From contig OZ024740.1 in assembly GCA_964016885.1 (NCBI GenBank), forward strand, positions 199,888,001-199,952,000: DNA of 64,000 nucleotides, in the 5' to 3' direction. Source of the DNA: Eledone cirrhosa. Lineage: Eukaryota. The position numbers and the translations under genes are program-made. This document shows positions 39,295 through 53,199 of this stretch, piece after piece (the stretch's first letter is position 1; the number at the start of each line of letters is the position of its first letter). The notes beneath the pieces were generated by a model, which was not told the DNA's origin, searched no databases, and saw only the letters and a list, made by a program, of their open reading frames with translations.

Positions 39295-40485
39295 GTTTTA
39301 GGATAATGGTAGTTTATATAGCTTCTAATATAATACCGGTTGCCACATATATTGAGGAATTAGTAACGTTAGATTATATATTTTATACCTGTTTTTTTTT
39401 TATTTTTGTATCATGTATTTTGGATCAGCACATCCACATGCTGACACACACAAACATATGCATATATATATAACTGAAGGTCAAATTGTCTATTCTATGT
39501 GTTTTTAGGTTATCTCTCACTGCGTGACACGTTGGTCAGGTTTATCTTACTGTAGTCTATAAACCACACACTCACGCTCACACAATCACACAAACACATA
39601 CGTCTATCTGTGTGTGTCTGAGTGTATACCCGTATCTACGTTTAGTGCCTATATGCAATATTTAGCGATTCAAAACAATGTGTCAGACGTAAAAAGTTAG
39701 TGATGGGTTTAATATTATCCACTAATTCTTTTGAAAGGGTAATGCAGCGTGACCATTGTATGATGATGACTGAAACCAGTAAAAGACACGAATTTGACTA
39801 AAGGTATATAAAACCACATTTAGACCTATGTTGATAGAATAGACAATAATTTCACGGAGAATGAAATTAGGAGTTTCTATAATATCGTGTGAGAAAAGGT
39901 GACGGTCTTAAATATGAATCTGAACGCCTCTGAAAGATCACCATTGTACATCCAATATATCTAAATTATTACTAACACACCCGAGCTTAATGAGAACCGC
40001 TGCAGCAATAAATGCGATCACGTATATTTTTTCTCCTATGTGTTTCTAATTTTCCTCATATTTGCCGTTGTGAATATACTTTTAAAAGCTGACACCCGCA
40101 ACATATACAGAGAGATATAGAGGGAGGGAGACACCCACACATATTTACGTGCACACACAGACACACACACACACACATGCACACATATATATATATATGG
40201 AAAAGAATACAACGAAATTTCATTTCTCACTCTTAGTACGGCTGATACATACATATTTATATTTATATATAAGAAGAAATTCTTCTTATATATATTCAAG
40301 TCCAATAAACTGCTGAGTGCTATTGAGTGCTACTTATCCGATATATGCATTGCTTTCTTGTGCTACAATAAAACTCACCTCCTACATTATATATATATAT
40401 ATATATATATATATCTTATATATGAAGTGAAGTTGGTCGTTGTTTGTTTGTTTGGTGTCCCGAACTTGCAGGCTACACCGTTCAT

Positions 40486-40830
40486 CCGATCTTCATGAAA
40501 CTTGACACATATATAAAACTCAACTCGTAGATTGGAATAGGCTACGTTCAATTTTCGAAAAGTCGATAATCGAGCCCCTAGAAGCCAAAAATCGATATTT
40601 TCAAAATCGTCCGATTTCGATCAAACGCGGTGCAAGTGTGTATTTTGATCCGGTGATAAACGTGGGCTACATTAAATTTTCGAAAAATCGTTAATTGGAT
40701 AACCAGATGCAAAACTCGATATTTACGAAATTTGTCTGATTCCAATGAAATTTGATGCGGGGATCAACGTGGGGTACTTGAAATTCTAAAACTCGGACCC
40801 CTAGAGGAAAAAACCGGCAACCGAAAATCG
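40486..40830 (+). repeat. Three diverged subterminal tandem units of about 125 bp in the Helitron
   Basis: The CCGAT.TTC..GAAA..TG motif recurs at about 40486, 40611 and 40736. Confidence 0.7.
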
Positions 40831-41089
40831 CCATTCTTCTTGCTTCCATTTGTCGCGATTTCCGCCATGCAAAACACGTTCAATCTATCAGGATTATCTA
40901 CCGTAAGTCTCTTTAAATTAACGCTCACCATATTCAGCAAAGCTTTTATGTCGATTCTTCCATTTCTTATATAAGAACCATCAAGACTATACTGCCGCGC
41001 ATAATCCTTTATCGCGCCCAGTCTTCTCAAGCGACCATCGAGCCTACATGCGCTCTCTTCATTCCCGTGGTCCCACTACCGTAGCATAA

Positions 41090-42720
41090 TGAGTCAACCG
41101 TCAACCCCTGCCCTCTCCCTTCCCTGCACGCCGTCGACCTACTGCATCGTTGTGCATCACCATGCGCATCTCTGCCTTGTCAGCCGCAATTTTCCCCGGC
41201 CCTTTCCACTGCTGCACTCGGTAGTCCCTAATGACTGCCACGGCTCAATATGCCGAATCCCTGCCCATTTCCATTGCCTACACTCCGGGACAGCTCAAGA
41301 CTTCTATGCCTGACCAAGCCGCATCCCTGCCACCGTCAACCCCTGCCCTCTCCCTTCCCTGCACGCCGTTGTCCCACTGCATCGTCATGCCTCACCATGC
41401 CGCATTACTGCCCTGTCGGCCACCATCCCCTCCTCAGCCCTTTCTTTTGCCTGCCGGCCGTGCTCCGTCAAGACTGCCATGCCTAACGAAGCCGCATCCC
41501 TGCCACCGTCAAGTCCTGCCCTCTCTCTTCCCTGCACGCTGTCGTCCCACTGCATCGTCATGTCTCTCCATACCGCATCCATGCTCTCTCAGCCGCCATG
41601 CCCTCCCCTGCCCTCTCCCTTACCCACACGCCTTGGTCCTTCACGAGTGCCATGGCTCACCATGCGGAATCCCTGCAACCGTCAATCCCGGCCATCTCCC
41701 TTCCCTGCACGCCGTCGAGCCACTGCATCGTTATGCCTCACCATGCCGCGTCCATGATCTGTGAGCCGCCACCTCCTCCTCAGTCTTTTATTTTGCCTGC
41801 CCGCCGTGCTCCTTCAAGACTGCCATGCCTAACCAAGCCGCATTACCTGCCACCGTCAACCCCTGTCCTTTCCCTTGCCCGCACGCCTTGGTCCCTCACG
41901 ACTGCCATGGCTCACCATGCGGCATTTTTGCCCTGTCAGCAACTTCCTCAAATATCATCAGCATGGTTTATTCCTGCGCCGCACATAACCGCCCATTATC
42001 TCAGACCAAAGACAACACCGAACATGAAGACGATCCTGTGTAAGTCTTTTTACATTCATTTTGACCATATTTAACAAAATTAAACAAATATTCATCCCTT
42101 CTCCTCCAAAGCCTACCGATCATGTATGGCCGATAAACATCCTGCCTTGCACCCGGTTTTCTCAAACAATCATCGTGCTTCCCGGTGCTCTCTACATTCC
42201 CGAGGTGCAACTCAATTGGCATGCCGCATCCACGCCCTGTCAGCCGCCATGCACCCTACCCTTTCGTCATGCCTCATCATGTTGCATCCCTGCACTGTCA
42301 GCCGCCATCCACTCCCCGACCCTTTCCACTGCCTAGGCATGGCAGTATTGAGGGACCAGGTCGCATCCCTGCCACCGTCATCCCCTGCTCTCTCCTTTCC
42401 CTGCACGCCGTCGTCCCACTGCACCGTCATGCATCACCATGCCGCAGCATGCTCTGTCAGCCGCCATCCCCTATTCGGCCCTTTATTTTGCCTGCCCGCA
42501 GTGCTCCTTCAAGTCTGCCTTGGCTCACCATGCGGCATTCTTGCCACCGTCCACCTGATAGCCGTCGTCCCACTGCATCGTCATGCCTGAGGATGCCGTA
42601 TCCATGCACTGTCAGCCACCATCCCCACCTCGACTCTTTCTTTTGCATGACCGCCGTGCTCCTTCAAGACTCCCACGGCTTTCTATGCCGCATCAATTCC
42701 TTGCCACCTGCTTAAACATC
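41090..42720 (+). repeat. GC-rich, C-skewed composite minisatellite inside the Helitron
   Basis: Recurrent CCCTGCCACCGTCAACCCCTGCCCTCTCCCTTCCCTGCACGCCGTCGTCCCACTGCATCGTCATGCCTCACCATGCCGCA modules. Confidence 0.85.
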
Positions 42721-44596
42721 ATCAGCATGGCTTATTGTTGCCCAATTTGACCACCGATTTTCGCAGGCTAAACACAATACCAACGTGCACGATAGTCCAT
42801 GGTAAATGTTTTTAATTACATGTTCATCTTGCTAAGCAAAGGATGAATAGCAACTCTTTCATTTCTCCTGAAATTCCTTTCTATCAATTATGGCCGGAAA
42901 GCATCCTGTGTAGCATCGCGTCTTCTCAAGCGATCAGCGTGCCTTCCACTATCCTCACAATTGACTCACAACGCCCCATCTATTCCCTGCGATGCCCCTA
43001 AATCATCAGCATAGCCTATTTTTCTACCGCGTTTAACCGACCCTCATTCTAGGCCATAAACAACAAAACCGCACGATGATGCTGCGTAAGTCTATTTAAA
43101 TTAATGGTCAACATGTTCATCAAAACAATTGTACCAATTCTTCCTCTTCAACTCCAAGGGCTATCCATTACATCTCAGAGGTCGGGATTCCAAATTTCTA
43201 CGATTTCAATATTGACACAACAGTCCGTCAGGTTTTTCGGCACATGTTGCTCCGATGGGAATATCTACGTGATTTCCACTTAATTCGTAAGTGTTCAGTC
43301 TTCCGTATGCTTTTATTTTTTTATTGATACAACACCGACAAAAATCATCTAACTTCACTTTGTAGGCTAGACGCGAATCACAAGGAAAACAATCCTCTGA
43401 TATACAACCTCACCAAATTATTTGGTCTACCTAGATTTCAATGGTTATATCCTTTGCTTTTGTACGGTTGTATATTTGATAATGTCGCAAAACATTATTC
43501 CACTTGATTCTTACCTTTCAGCTATGAATTGGGCAGTGCCTTAAAATCCAGTTTATTTGCGTGGATTGTTTTTGTATCTTATGAATGGAGAATCGAAAAC
43601 ACTTTTTCTCATAACCTGATACATGCGTTACACATGCTCCATGGATGTTTTTGGACTATTTTTTCAAAATACCAATATCACAGATTGGAGCACAAAAAGA
43701 ATCGTTTGTTCTTCATTTATTTCGGTTAAAACATCCTGCTGGAATTTAGTGCAGACCCGTTTAAATCCAGCGCCTTATAACCCCGAGTGTAACCGAGTAC
43801 ACCAGCTAGAGAGACAAATGAAAACATCGTTTCCTCGATGCGATTTGTCGAAAGTCGATTTAGTTCCACAAAAAATTAACAATCCATACTTGAAGACACG
43901 TTGAGGCTGTTGCAAAGGGCAATAACCCTAGACACAATTTTGATCAACTTTTTTTCACCTATAGCAAATTTACCGGGACAGGTTTTTAGCTCCTCAAATC
44001 TACTTCAGAGGTCACGCATTCATGTAAAAAATCAATAAAACTGAAGCGGGGGTTCGACTTTGCGCAAAAAGCAAGACAACATGGGAAAACTATTTACAGG
44101 AACGTCCGATTTTCTTGAAAACTGTCGCAAAAGACTCGCCATTATGCCGCGGTTCAGATAAATCCACTTTTATTTCTTCTTTTGCACATGCGAGCGAGAA
44201 AATTGTAAAAAGAAAGAGACTTTGAAAAAATCGACTTTTTCACCCTGCTTTAAAAATCAACTCAAAATTCAACTTCAAGTAAATTTTACTCCCGTCAGTC
44301 GTGCAAAGAACAATTTCAACGATACACTGTGTACCTATAATTGATCCATTATTTATGCTCTATTACAAACCTGCGTCTACTAACCTCTGTCTTTTGCCTT
44401 GAGGTTCGAAGGTTTTTGCACCTGTGATGCGCGGGAAGTAACTTTCACACATTTTAACAACATAGCAAAGGTTGACTTACACCCGGACAACGCCAGGTAC
44501 TTCGGCTAGTATATATATATATATATATATATAAAAGAACTAATCTCGTCTGTCACAGACTGTCGCGCTGTCTCATGGCACGACTTTATATGTAAA

Positions 44597-44720
44597 TAAT
44601 TGTTTCTACTTTAGGCACAAGGCCAGCGATTATCAGTGCATTACTGGTACTTTATTTTATCGACCCTGTAGGGATGAAAGGCAAAGTAAACCACGGCGGG
44701 ATTTGAACTCAGACCGTAAA
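44597..44720 (-). mobile_element. SINE (main family), 5'-truncated
   Basis: Reverse-complement core and tail. Confidence 0.85.
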
Positions 44721-44742
44721 TAATGTTAATTATATTCACATG

Positions 44743-44934
44743 AGGGCAGTGGATTGGCAGTATCGGTAGAGGGTGTGACGCCATGCTTTGCAACAACGAG
44801 TTACGGCCCTTTATGATATGAGTTCAAATCTGCCGAGGTTAACTTTGCCTTTCATCCTTACGGGGTCGATAAAATAAAGTACCAGTAATGTGTTGGTTAT
44901 TTGCTGGCCTTGTGCCAAAAGTAGAAACAATTAT
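44743..44934 (+). mobile_element. SINE (main family), full length
   Basis: A and B boxes, core and tail present. Confidence 0.9.
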
Positions 44935-46590
44935 ATTCACATTTCAGATGTATTTCTTACCCTGGATAGCGCGTACGTAGTAACACATAAATTTATGTTG
45001 AACGAAGTTTCCTGACATGCAGTGAAAATATAATTTACAAGATGCAGGCCGCACGCTAGGTCATATGTTTATCTTTCTATTGCCCTCGGCTACAATGACT
45101 CGTATAATATTTATATAGACATAAATACTGATATCTATAGATCAGTTAGAAGGATTATGGTAGGTCAAATGGACTACCTACTCATTCAGGCATATGGTAT
45201 GTGGTTCACAAATATTTATAGTTATCGAATTGTAGGAACATTTTCCATGCTTTCCAGAGTTGCACAAAGTACGGAGCTGTTCCTAGGATTTTAGGTTTTA
45301 AACGAGTGAAAGTACGTCACAGGGTTCACCCCAAACCTCTGTTGGTACTCATTTTCTGTTAAGTAAACTAGAGTGATATACTATGCTTTACTAAAATTTG
45401 CTTAACGACACCAAGCGTCACCTGCTAAGGGTATTGAACTCATGGTTTTATGATAATGATCTCAACAAACATCCACTGGGCCATGTACATACATCACGTG
45501 TAAACTTATTTGAATGCACATGTAGAACCAACGTGATAAACCTATACAACACTAATCTTTTGACGTACACCCACAGACCATCATGTATAAGAGTGTAAGT
45601 GAATATCACACACACATACGCACAGGTATGTCCTTTACGTCATCCTTCAGTAAAAGCTATTTACTGATGTATATTCTGTCTAACAGTTCGTTTTATGGTT
45701 ATGGCTGCACGTCTACATATTTATCTACGTAGATATTACATCAATTGTTATATTTACTTATTTCTCTATTTAACTATCAATCTCACTAGCAACGTATCCG
45801 CCTATTGACATGGATGCCGATCACATCAAAACAGAGCAAGTGTACTTGTTGAAACGCTAGTCAATTTGTAGATTAAATTTATCAATGCATCCATTGCTAG
45901 ATTTGCCCATCACCAATAGTTGAAGATTGCTGACGTTCCTGCCTCTTATAAGCTGTGTAAAAAAATATATAAAGGAATAAAATCAAACGCATACAAGCAA
46001 AAACAACAACAAAAACGAAATACACTCTTAAACTCAAATCTGTTGGTAAACAGCAATCCCAGCACATCTAGATCAAATATCGACCACTTTATCATGGTTT
46101 AATTTTTATTTATGTATTTATTTTATTATCCATATTATCTGGATTGTTTGTTTAGTTTATCTTTTCAATGTTTTAGAAAATATTTTTTCTCTACTTTACC
46201 GTCGATATCAATCAAACTACTTTGTTTAGATTTGATAGATATGTACCTGTGTGTATATGTGTGTGAGTCAGTAGGCGCGCATGTGCATGTGTGTGTATAA
46301 ATATGTGTTCATTTTATGAGTTTCTGTTTTTTTTTTCCACTCAAACTGCTTTGTGTCAATATATAATAGAATATACAAAGGAATATATATCGGAAGATAT
46401 GTATGAATTCGTAGATAAATGTATACATATATAGGAACTGGACAAATTATTAATGTTTCTATTTTTGTCTATGTTACTATATTGCTTGTAGTCTGTATAC
46501 AAGCACGTACACACCTAGACTCGCTCACTTATAAACATATATATATATATATACACACATACGCACATGCAAAATACACGCGCACACAGA

Positions 46591-46696
<106 letters not shown>

Positions 46697-47499
46697 TGAG
46701 AGAGTGAGTGTATGAGAGAGAGTTACTTAGATGAAATGGAAGAAAGCAAGTGCGTATGGGGATGATAAAAGAAAATGGAATTGAGCTGAAAAATGTCATA
46801 AATAAAACATCGTGCAGCTGACACAAGACAAATATGGGAAGCAATATATATGACATATTTGGAACAGTAAGTTGGCATTTATATTAATTAATGTTGGATC
46901 CCAGATATCTATACTAAGACATCTTATGACAGATACCATTATGTATTTCTAGTTATATGTGCAGACATAATTTTATGATTAAAAATGTTCGGGGTTTATA
47001 CTCATGTTACAGCGGCATGGGCAAATTTCCTATTATACCCATGGTTTTTCCAAAGATTTGGGATCAGAATATGTTAGATTGTAACTGCAGAAACATAACA
47101 TGCGTGACCATGTGCATATAGGATCATGTGTGTGTGTATCGTCATCAGCGCACGTCCGACAGTGATTCTATTTATGTCATGTAACCTAGTAATTTAACAA
47201 TAACAGCAATAAAATTATTACCACTGTAGAAAAAATATGTAATAATGTCAATATGATCGACTAGATTAAGGCGTCGTGTCTGCATGACAGCAGTCTAATG
47301 ACTTAAATTAGTAAAATGATAAAATATTATCATTGTGCGTGTGTTTATTTGGAAACGAGCAGATATAGAGTGTCTATGTCCTATGCTGGCTGGAGATTGA
47401 AACCTTATGTAGTATGCATCTGTGCTGATAATTTATTTATATAATATATTGTGGCTCTGTATATTGCATAAAACGCGTTCTTTTCCTTGATCTGGACAT

Positions 47500-49280
47500 C
47501 AGAAGTGTTTGTGTGTGTTTGTTTGTAGGGAAAATTATGAAGATTTGAAAAAAAAGCATATTTTTACCACATCGAAACGACTAGATTTTGTACTTTACGG
47601 GTTTCGATTATTTTGACAAGGGACGTAACTCTGGTCCGATCAGGTATTAGAGGTTATATATTCAAAGATTTCAGCATTAGCTTAAATTTCTCTATAAAAT
47701 AACTTTTCTTTGCTGATGTTTTTCATCTCAGATATTGGCAACATTTGTAGAATGGGCAGACATTGGAATTTGGTAATGTCGACAATCTGGAAATACCAGA
47801 AACAAATTCAAAATAAAAAAAACGAGAACATATGTTCATAAAAGAAGCCGACAATGGAAACGCTGTTGTCATCATGGACACAAAACACTATAAAAGCACA
47901 ATATGATGCTAAAGAATATCAATTTCATAAAAGATGAAACAACTGCATTATTTTCTACACCTATTCTGAAAACGACTAACCGATAAGGTATTAGTCTCAG
48001 CAATATTACGTGTAAAAAAAGAAATCTTTACGGATTTGCCAACTGATTAATGATATTTGCGAAAACCAATTTGTGTAAATATACCCACACCAACCGACTT
48101 AAAATTAACACCCATCTTAGGAGGCACATTGCATAAGTAACTTCTTAGATATCTTATTGATACCTCGGGGAAACACATCGGGAGCTTCACTCAATCATCT
48201 ACAAAATGACGTACGCCAAAACATTCAGATGGATACATTGCCTGTTGTGAATTTATATAGTAATATTCCTCACGACTACAGAATAACGGCTATCAAATAC
48301 TGGTTAGAATCATTTTCCTATGAGCTACCACACCGTATTAACAAACATTCTATCATAGAAGGTCTTCAATATATTTTCCAATTACAACTATTCCATGTTC
48401 AACATAAAGGCTTACCGACAAAACTCAAGAACAACCATGAGGAAAAAAACTTTATGGGAACGAATCGAGTTGTTATATAAAAGAAAATTGGAAAAGATAC
48501 CTGGATGACTGTTTTATTCTATGGAGGGAAGGATAAATCTTGACGAACTAAAGGAATTTCAAATTATCATCGGTAATATGAGCCCTAGCGTATAATTTAC
48601 TATGGATGTCATCAACAAAATCTTCCCTTCTTAGACATATAACAAGACAAAATGTTACGGACTAACATATATTTCTAATCCACCAACTCCCGACAATATC
48701 TCCTTTTTACATCTTCTCAGCCAACACATACGCCTACCAATATTCCATTTAAATTAGCTAAGCGATCTGCACAACATTAGATTTAAATCGAAAAACAGGA
48801 TTCCATAGACTACAAAGGAATGAACAATACTCACCAAGAGAAAATATTTTCCGAATCTAATCAATAATAGCATTCAAATAGCAAGATGAATTAATATCCA
48901 TGTACACTGATAAACGAAAACGAGAAAAGCAAAATGTAATTCAATACTTTTCAACTTTTAACCCAAAGAATACAGAATTATGTACACATATAAAACTAAA
49001 ACTATCTGTCGTACTATAGGAAAAATCTCTTACAAAATTATCCAATTATAAAACATAAATAACATCCTATGTCACGATATAAACTTCAAACTGTAAATAA
49101 AGGTCATGGAATGCAAGATGCCACCAACCAAACTGCGGAGTGGGCAGAAAATCACGAATTCCACTTCAGTGAAGGTCCCATTTTAAAAATTAACATTAAC
49201 TTCTCTAATATAAGAATGCGTAAGAAATTTCCATATCTTCCAATTCCACCAATGTTGTCAGTCAATATCAAAATGTAAAC
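47500..49280 (+). mobile_element. Old degraded PLE (non-Naiad, Penelope/Neptune-like RT)
   Basis: IKEADNGNAVVIMD, NLYSNIPH, WKRYLDDCF, LPFLD, PTNSRQYL and IPFKLA remnants with many frameshifts. The 5' part is duplicated at about 54682-55093. Confidence 0.75.
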
Positions 49281-49644
49281 GTATTGGCAAAGAAGGTACA
49301 AGTGGTGTCATTTGTTTTAACAAAAACATACGTGACAATAATATTACGAATGAAAATTTGAAAAACTGTTTTAAACGAAATTGGTCAAGTACAAAAACCA
49401 TTCTTTTTGATGTGTACTATACACATAAAATTTATTTTAAATTAAAAACACTTTAGGCACTTTCTTTTCAAATCTTTGTAATTTTTGCCATATAACAACG
49501 ATTGTATAGAACCCCTTAACCATCTTACATTTGATTTATCCCTCTTTATCTCTCTCCCTCTCTCTCTGAATATAGCCTGACACTAATACAACTGTGTACA
49601 ATTGCCACCTGTGTTTTGTTCGTTTATTTTAAACTATATATATA

Positions 49645-49690
<46 letters not shown>

Positions 49691-50581
49691 AATAAGTAAT
49701 ATGAATATGACAACATCGCAGTTAGTGAATCACCATTTATTATGTAATTGACACGTGTTTCGCCAACTTACACATGTAATAGATTTAGAAATGCTGCTCC
49801 CACTGGATTTAAGAATTCCGACTATTTTGTATCATTGTGGTAAGTCAGCGCCTACAAAAAACAACACTGTTTACATTCATGTAGGGAGACAGAGATTGAA
49901 GGGCTTGTCTTCATGTAGGAAGGAAGTTTAGTATATAGTAGTTCAATGTTGTATAGAGAAAAGGAAAAAGAAGAATGAGAGTGTATTCATAGAGAAATAG
50001 AGATAGAAAGATTAGTAGTTTAAACGACAGCCACAAATAACTTATTCTCATGGGCTAGCATAGCTGGCGTTAGCCTTGTTGTCACATAAGGTTATATATA
50101 TATATATAAATGCATATATATATAAATATATATATATATACATACCATCAATAGTTTGTTCAGGGATAAAACAGTTATAGATATTATTTTTAAAGTGATT
50201 GTTTTATTTCAAGCCCCTTTTATCATATGTATACTCAATCACGGCTGAATATAATATCACAAGTCTTATAGAAATAAAAATCTATCTTGGATTCATGAGG
50301 GAATAACCGGAAGAACATTCCATTAACAAGGTTAGCCTCCAGCTGTTACCTTTCATATACAACACATTTGTCAACTGAATGAATTAGATCAGCGTGGATT
50401 CGAGTGCCTCTGATCAGAATGCAACGCACGGTGAATTCTAGCAATCGAAGTCGCAATTTGCCTTTGTACGCCAAACATTCCATGCAATGGGTCAAAATAA
50501 TATAGAACGCTAAACCCAGAATTACATTTCACATTTAAAGTAGAAATTATATTCGTATATCGTGTGTTGTTTGTCAGGTAC

Positions 50582-50667
<86 letters not shown>

Positions 50668-50853
50668 CAGAGATAGATAGATGGGATGTGGTAAAACCCA
50701 GATATGGGATAACCCACCAGAGTACTCGATACTTGGTGTAGTAGAGTGGGAAATATGACAAAAAATTCAGGAACACGATGGCTGAGCTGCGGCCGTTTCG
50801 ACAGCTGGATCCGAAGTTGGATGTGGCTCTCAAAACGTGGGGGTCCTCAATAT

Positions 50854-50887
<34 letters not shown>

Positions 50888-50893
<6 letters not shown>

Positions 50894-51555
50894 ATGAAAA
50901 TGGCGTGCTGCGTTGTTGCGGATGTGATACATATGAATTAAAAAGATAGAGTAAGAAACCAGGACTATCCATCATCAGTGATTTTCTGGCCATCATAGGT
51001 ATTTCTTCGCATTAAAAATCATATACCTCAAACCAGCGCGAGCAATAACTAAATAAAGTTATTGGGTGGGAAAGAGAGACATGTAAAAAACAAGAATGGC
51101 AAGGCAAAGTAAAGGGTGAAAAAATCAAGTCAGTGATACAAGTGAACATAAGATCTTGCGAATCATTGACGAGAAAGACGAAAGACGCATCTGAGCCATG
51201 CGAAATGTGAGCGAGAAAAGAATTTCACACAGGTCAGAACGGTGGGAGTGAGAGAGGGTGAGTAGCAGAGAGTGAGTGAGTGAAAGTGTGAGGAAGAGGC
51301 TAGCCGAGAGAGGGTGATTAGCAGAGGGGTGAATGAAAGTAAGAGGTACAAGGAGAGAACAGGAGGAGAGAGAAAGAGGATAGCCGTAAGGGAAGAGATA
51401 GAGACATGTCACAGTGGAGGGGAAAATATAGGGATAAAAATGGCGTGTTGCGTTGTTGCGGATGTGATACGTATGAATTAAAAAATAGAGTAAGAAGCCA
51501 TGACTATCCCTCATTATAAATAATGGGCTCTTTAAAGAATAGAAAGTGAGGATAT
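50888..51555 (-). repeat. Partial tandem repeat (period about 540 bp) with broken hammerhead remnants; retrozyme/pLTR-like
   Basis: 50888-50971 matches 51428-51510. The minus strand has CACTGATGA at about 50969-50977, and 50970-51045 is homologous to the reverse complement of 18498-18572. Confidence 0.55.
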
Positions 51556-52760
51556 GTGCCGGTCGTGAAATCAAAGAATATATTTCTGCTGAGGAACTGC
51601 TTCGCCATGCCGAAGCTCATCTATACAATTCGCAGCGCTCCATGCTACACCAAGACATCTCTCCTCGCTGACCTCGATACTTGTATTCGAGCAGCGGCCG
51701 AGGGGATATGCAACGTCAAGTTTGACGACATAGGGTCGCAACAGGCCACTTTACCCGTCAGGTATGGCGGCCTAGGCATCCGGTCCCCGATATCACTAGC
51801 TTTGCCGGCGTACCTTTCGTCGGTAATCTCGTGCCGCGTCCTCGTCAGCTGGGTTCTTCAAAACACAACAGAACCCTCTGTGTTCAGAGAACGTGAGGGC
51901 CCCTGTGAGACGTGGGACCGGCTGGGACTTATCCCAGTAGACGTCCCTCCTCCTTCTCACCCTGTTGACGTTAAGTCTCCCCAACGCACTTTGGATGCCA
52001 TCCAGTGCAGCCTGGCCTCAGACAGGCTCACGCGCCAGCTCGACCAGCACCGCCTTGCTTGTTTTAGTGCGGCCTCCAAACCCCACAGTGGTGCCTGACT
52101 CCAAGCTCTGCCTTCTTTCCCCACTGGCACGCAGCTATACAACCATAGCCTGCGAATCGGCGTTTCCCTGAGGCTCGGCCTCCGGATCTGCCAGCCACAC
52201 CAATGTCGCTGCGGTTCCACCGGGGACTCTTTCGGCCTCCACCCGCTTTCCTGTCGCCACAGTGCCGGCCGAATTCCACGCCATACTGCCCTCAACAAGG
52301 TCATTAAGCATGGCTTGGACGTTGCAGGCTTCCCTTCCCAGCTTGAGCCGGTGGGGCTGGATCGAGGGGACGGCAAAAGGCCAGATGGCATGACCATCTT
52401 CCCGTTCCGCGGTGGCAAACCCCTCGTCTCGGATGCCACTTGCACCGACACTTTCTGCAGCCGCAACCTGGTGCAGTCTGCGACTGACCCAGGTTCTGCT
52501 GCACGTTGGGCTGAGGGGGCCAAACTCCTCAAATACCGGTCGCTCTCCGACAGGATTTCGGTCGTTCCCCTGACAGTGGAAATATCTGGTGTCCTCGGCC
52601 CCAGGGCTACCTCCTTACTCACTACCATAGGCGCTGATCTGGCCAGCCGCAGGTGTGAGACCCGCGAGCTTGAGTAGCTTTTCCAGCGCATCTCCCTTGC
52701 CGTCCTCCGGGAAACGCCTTCACCATTTTGTCCGCCGGGGCTGTAGGTGGGCCCCATCGC
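51556..52760 (+). mobile_element. CRE-clade non-LTR retrotransposon, 5'-truncated (RT C-terminus, zinc knuckle, REL endonuclease)
   Basis: LPVRYGGLGIR, HSGA*LQALP, IGVSLRLG, CRCG..HPLSC, RH..LN and EPVGLDRGDGKRPDGMT..GKPLVSDATC. GC-rich island with two in-frame stops. Confidence 0.88.
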
Positions 52761-53060
52761 GTACCAATATATTAGTTAAATACCATTCTTTCATCTGATA
52801 CAACACAATAAAGACAGTCTAATAGGTTATGAAGATAACATTTGTTTTCTTGATACTAATTCCTGCTCTCTCAGATCTTGAATGCCATGTATTTCCGGAA
52901 ACATATTACTAATGCTAATCATTTGACATTTCACAGAATTTGTTTTAGTTAAAATCTATGGCTGATGATGGAACCAGGATTACTTACACAGGGAATATAT
53001 TTGTGAAAATAAAAGAAGAACATATATATGTGCATGTATATGTAGATATATATGTATATT

Positions 53061-53112
<52 letters not shown>

Positions 53113-53164
53113 AATATACATATATATCTACATATACATGCACATATATATATATATGTATATT

Positions 53165-53199
<35 letters not shown>

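Larger units (their letters stand above)
40414..44509 (+). mobile_element. Non-autonomous Helitron, about 4.1 kb, with internal tandem arrays
   Basis: A|TCTTATATATGAAG start followed by a GTTT microrepeat. Ends with the ACCCGGACAACGCCAGGT hairpin and TTCGGCTAG|T. TA flanks. Confidence 0.85.

Noticed and set aside
41089-42715. Pro/Cys/His-rich overlapping ORFs
   Set aside because: Open in several frames because the GC-rich minisatellite lacks stop codons. No recognisable domain.
47535-47600. Hammerhead at the 5' end of the old PLE (ATGAAGA...GAAACGAC)
   Set aside because: C3 is mutated and stem I does not pair convincingly.
50770-50845. Hammerhead on the minus strand related to the 63331 family
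   Set aside because: The 3' half is present, but the core and stem I register do not fit. Treated as a degenerate relative.
51957-52757. 266-aa minus-strand ORF
   Set aside because: Antisense shadow of the GC-rich CRE coding region.
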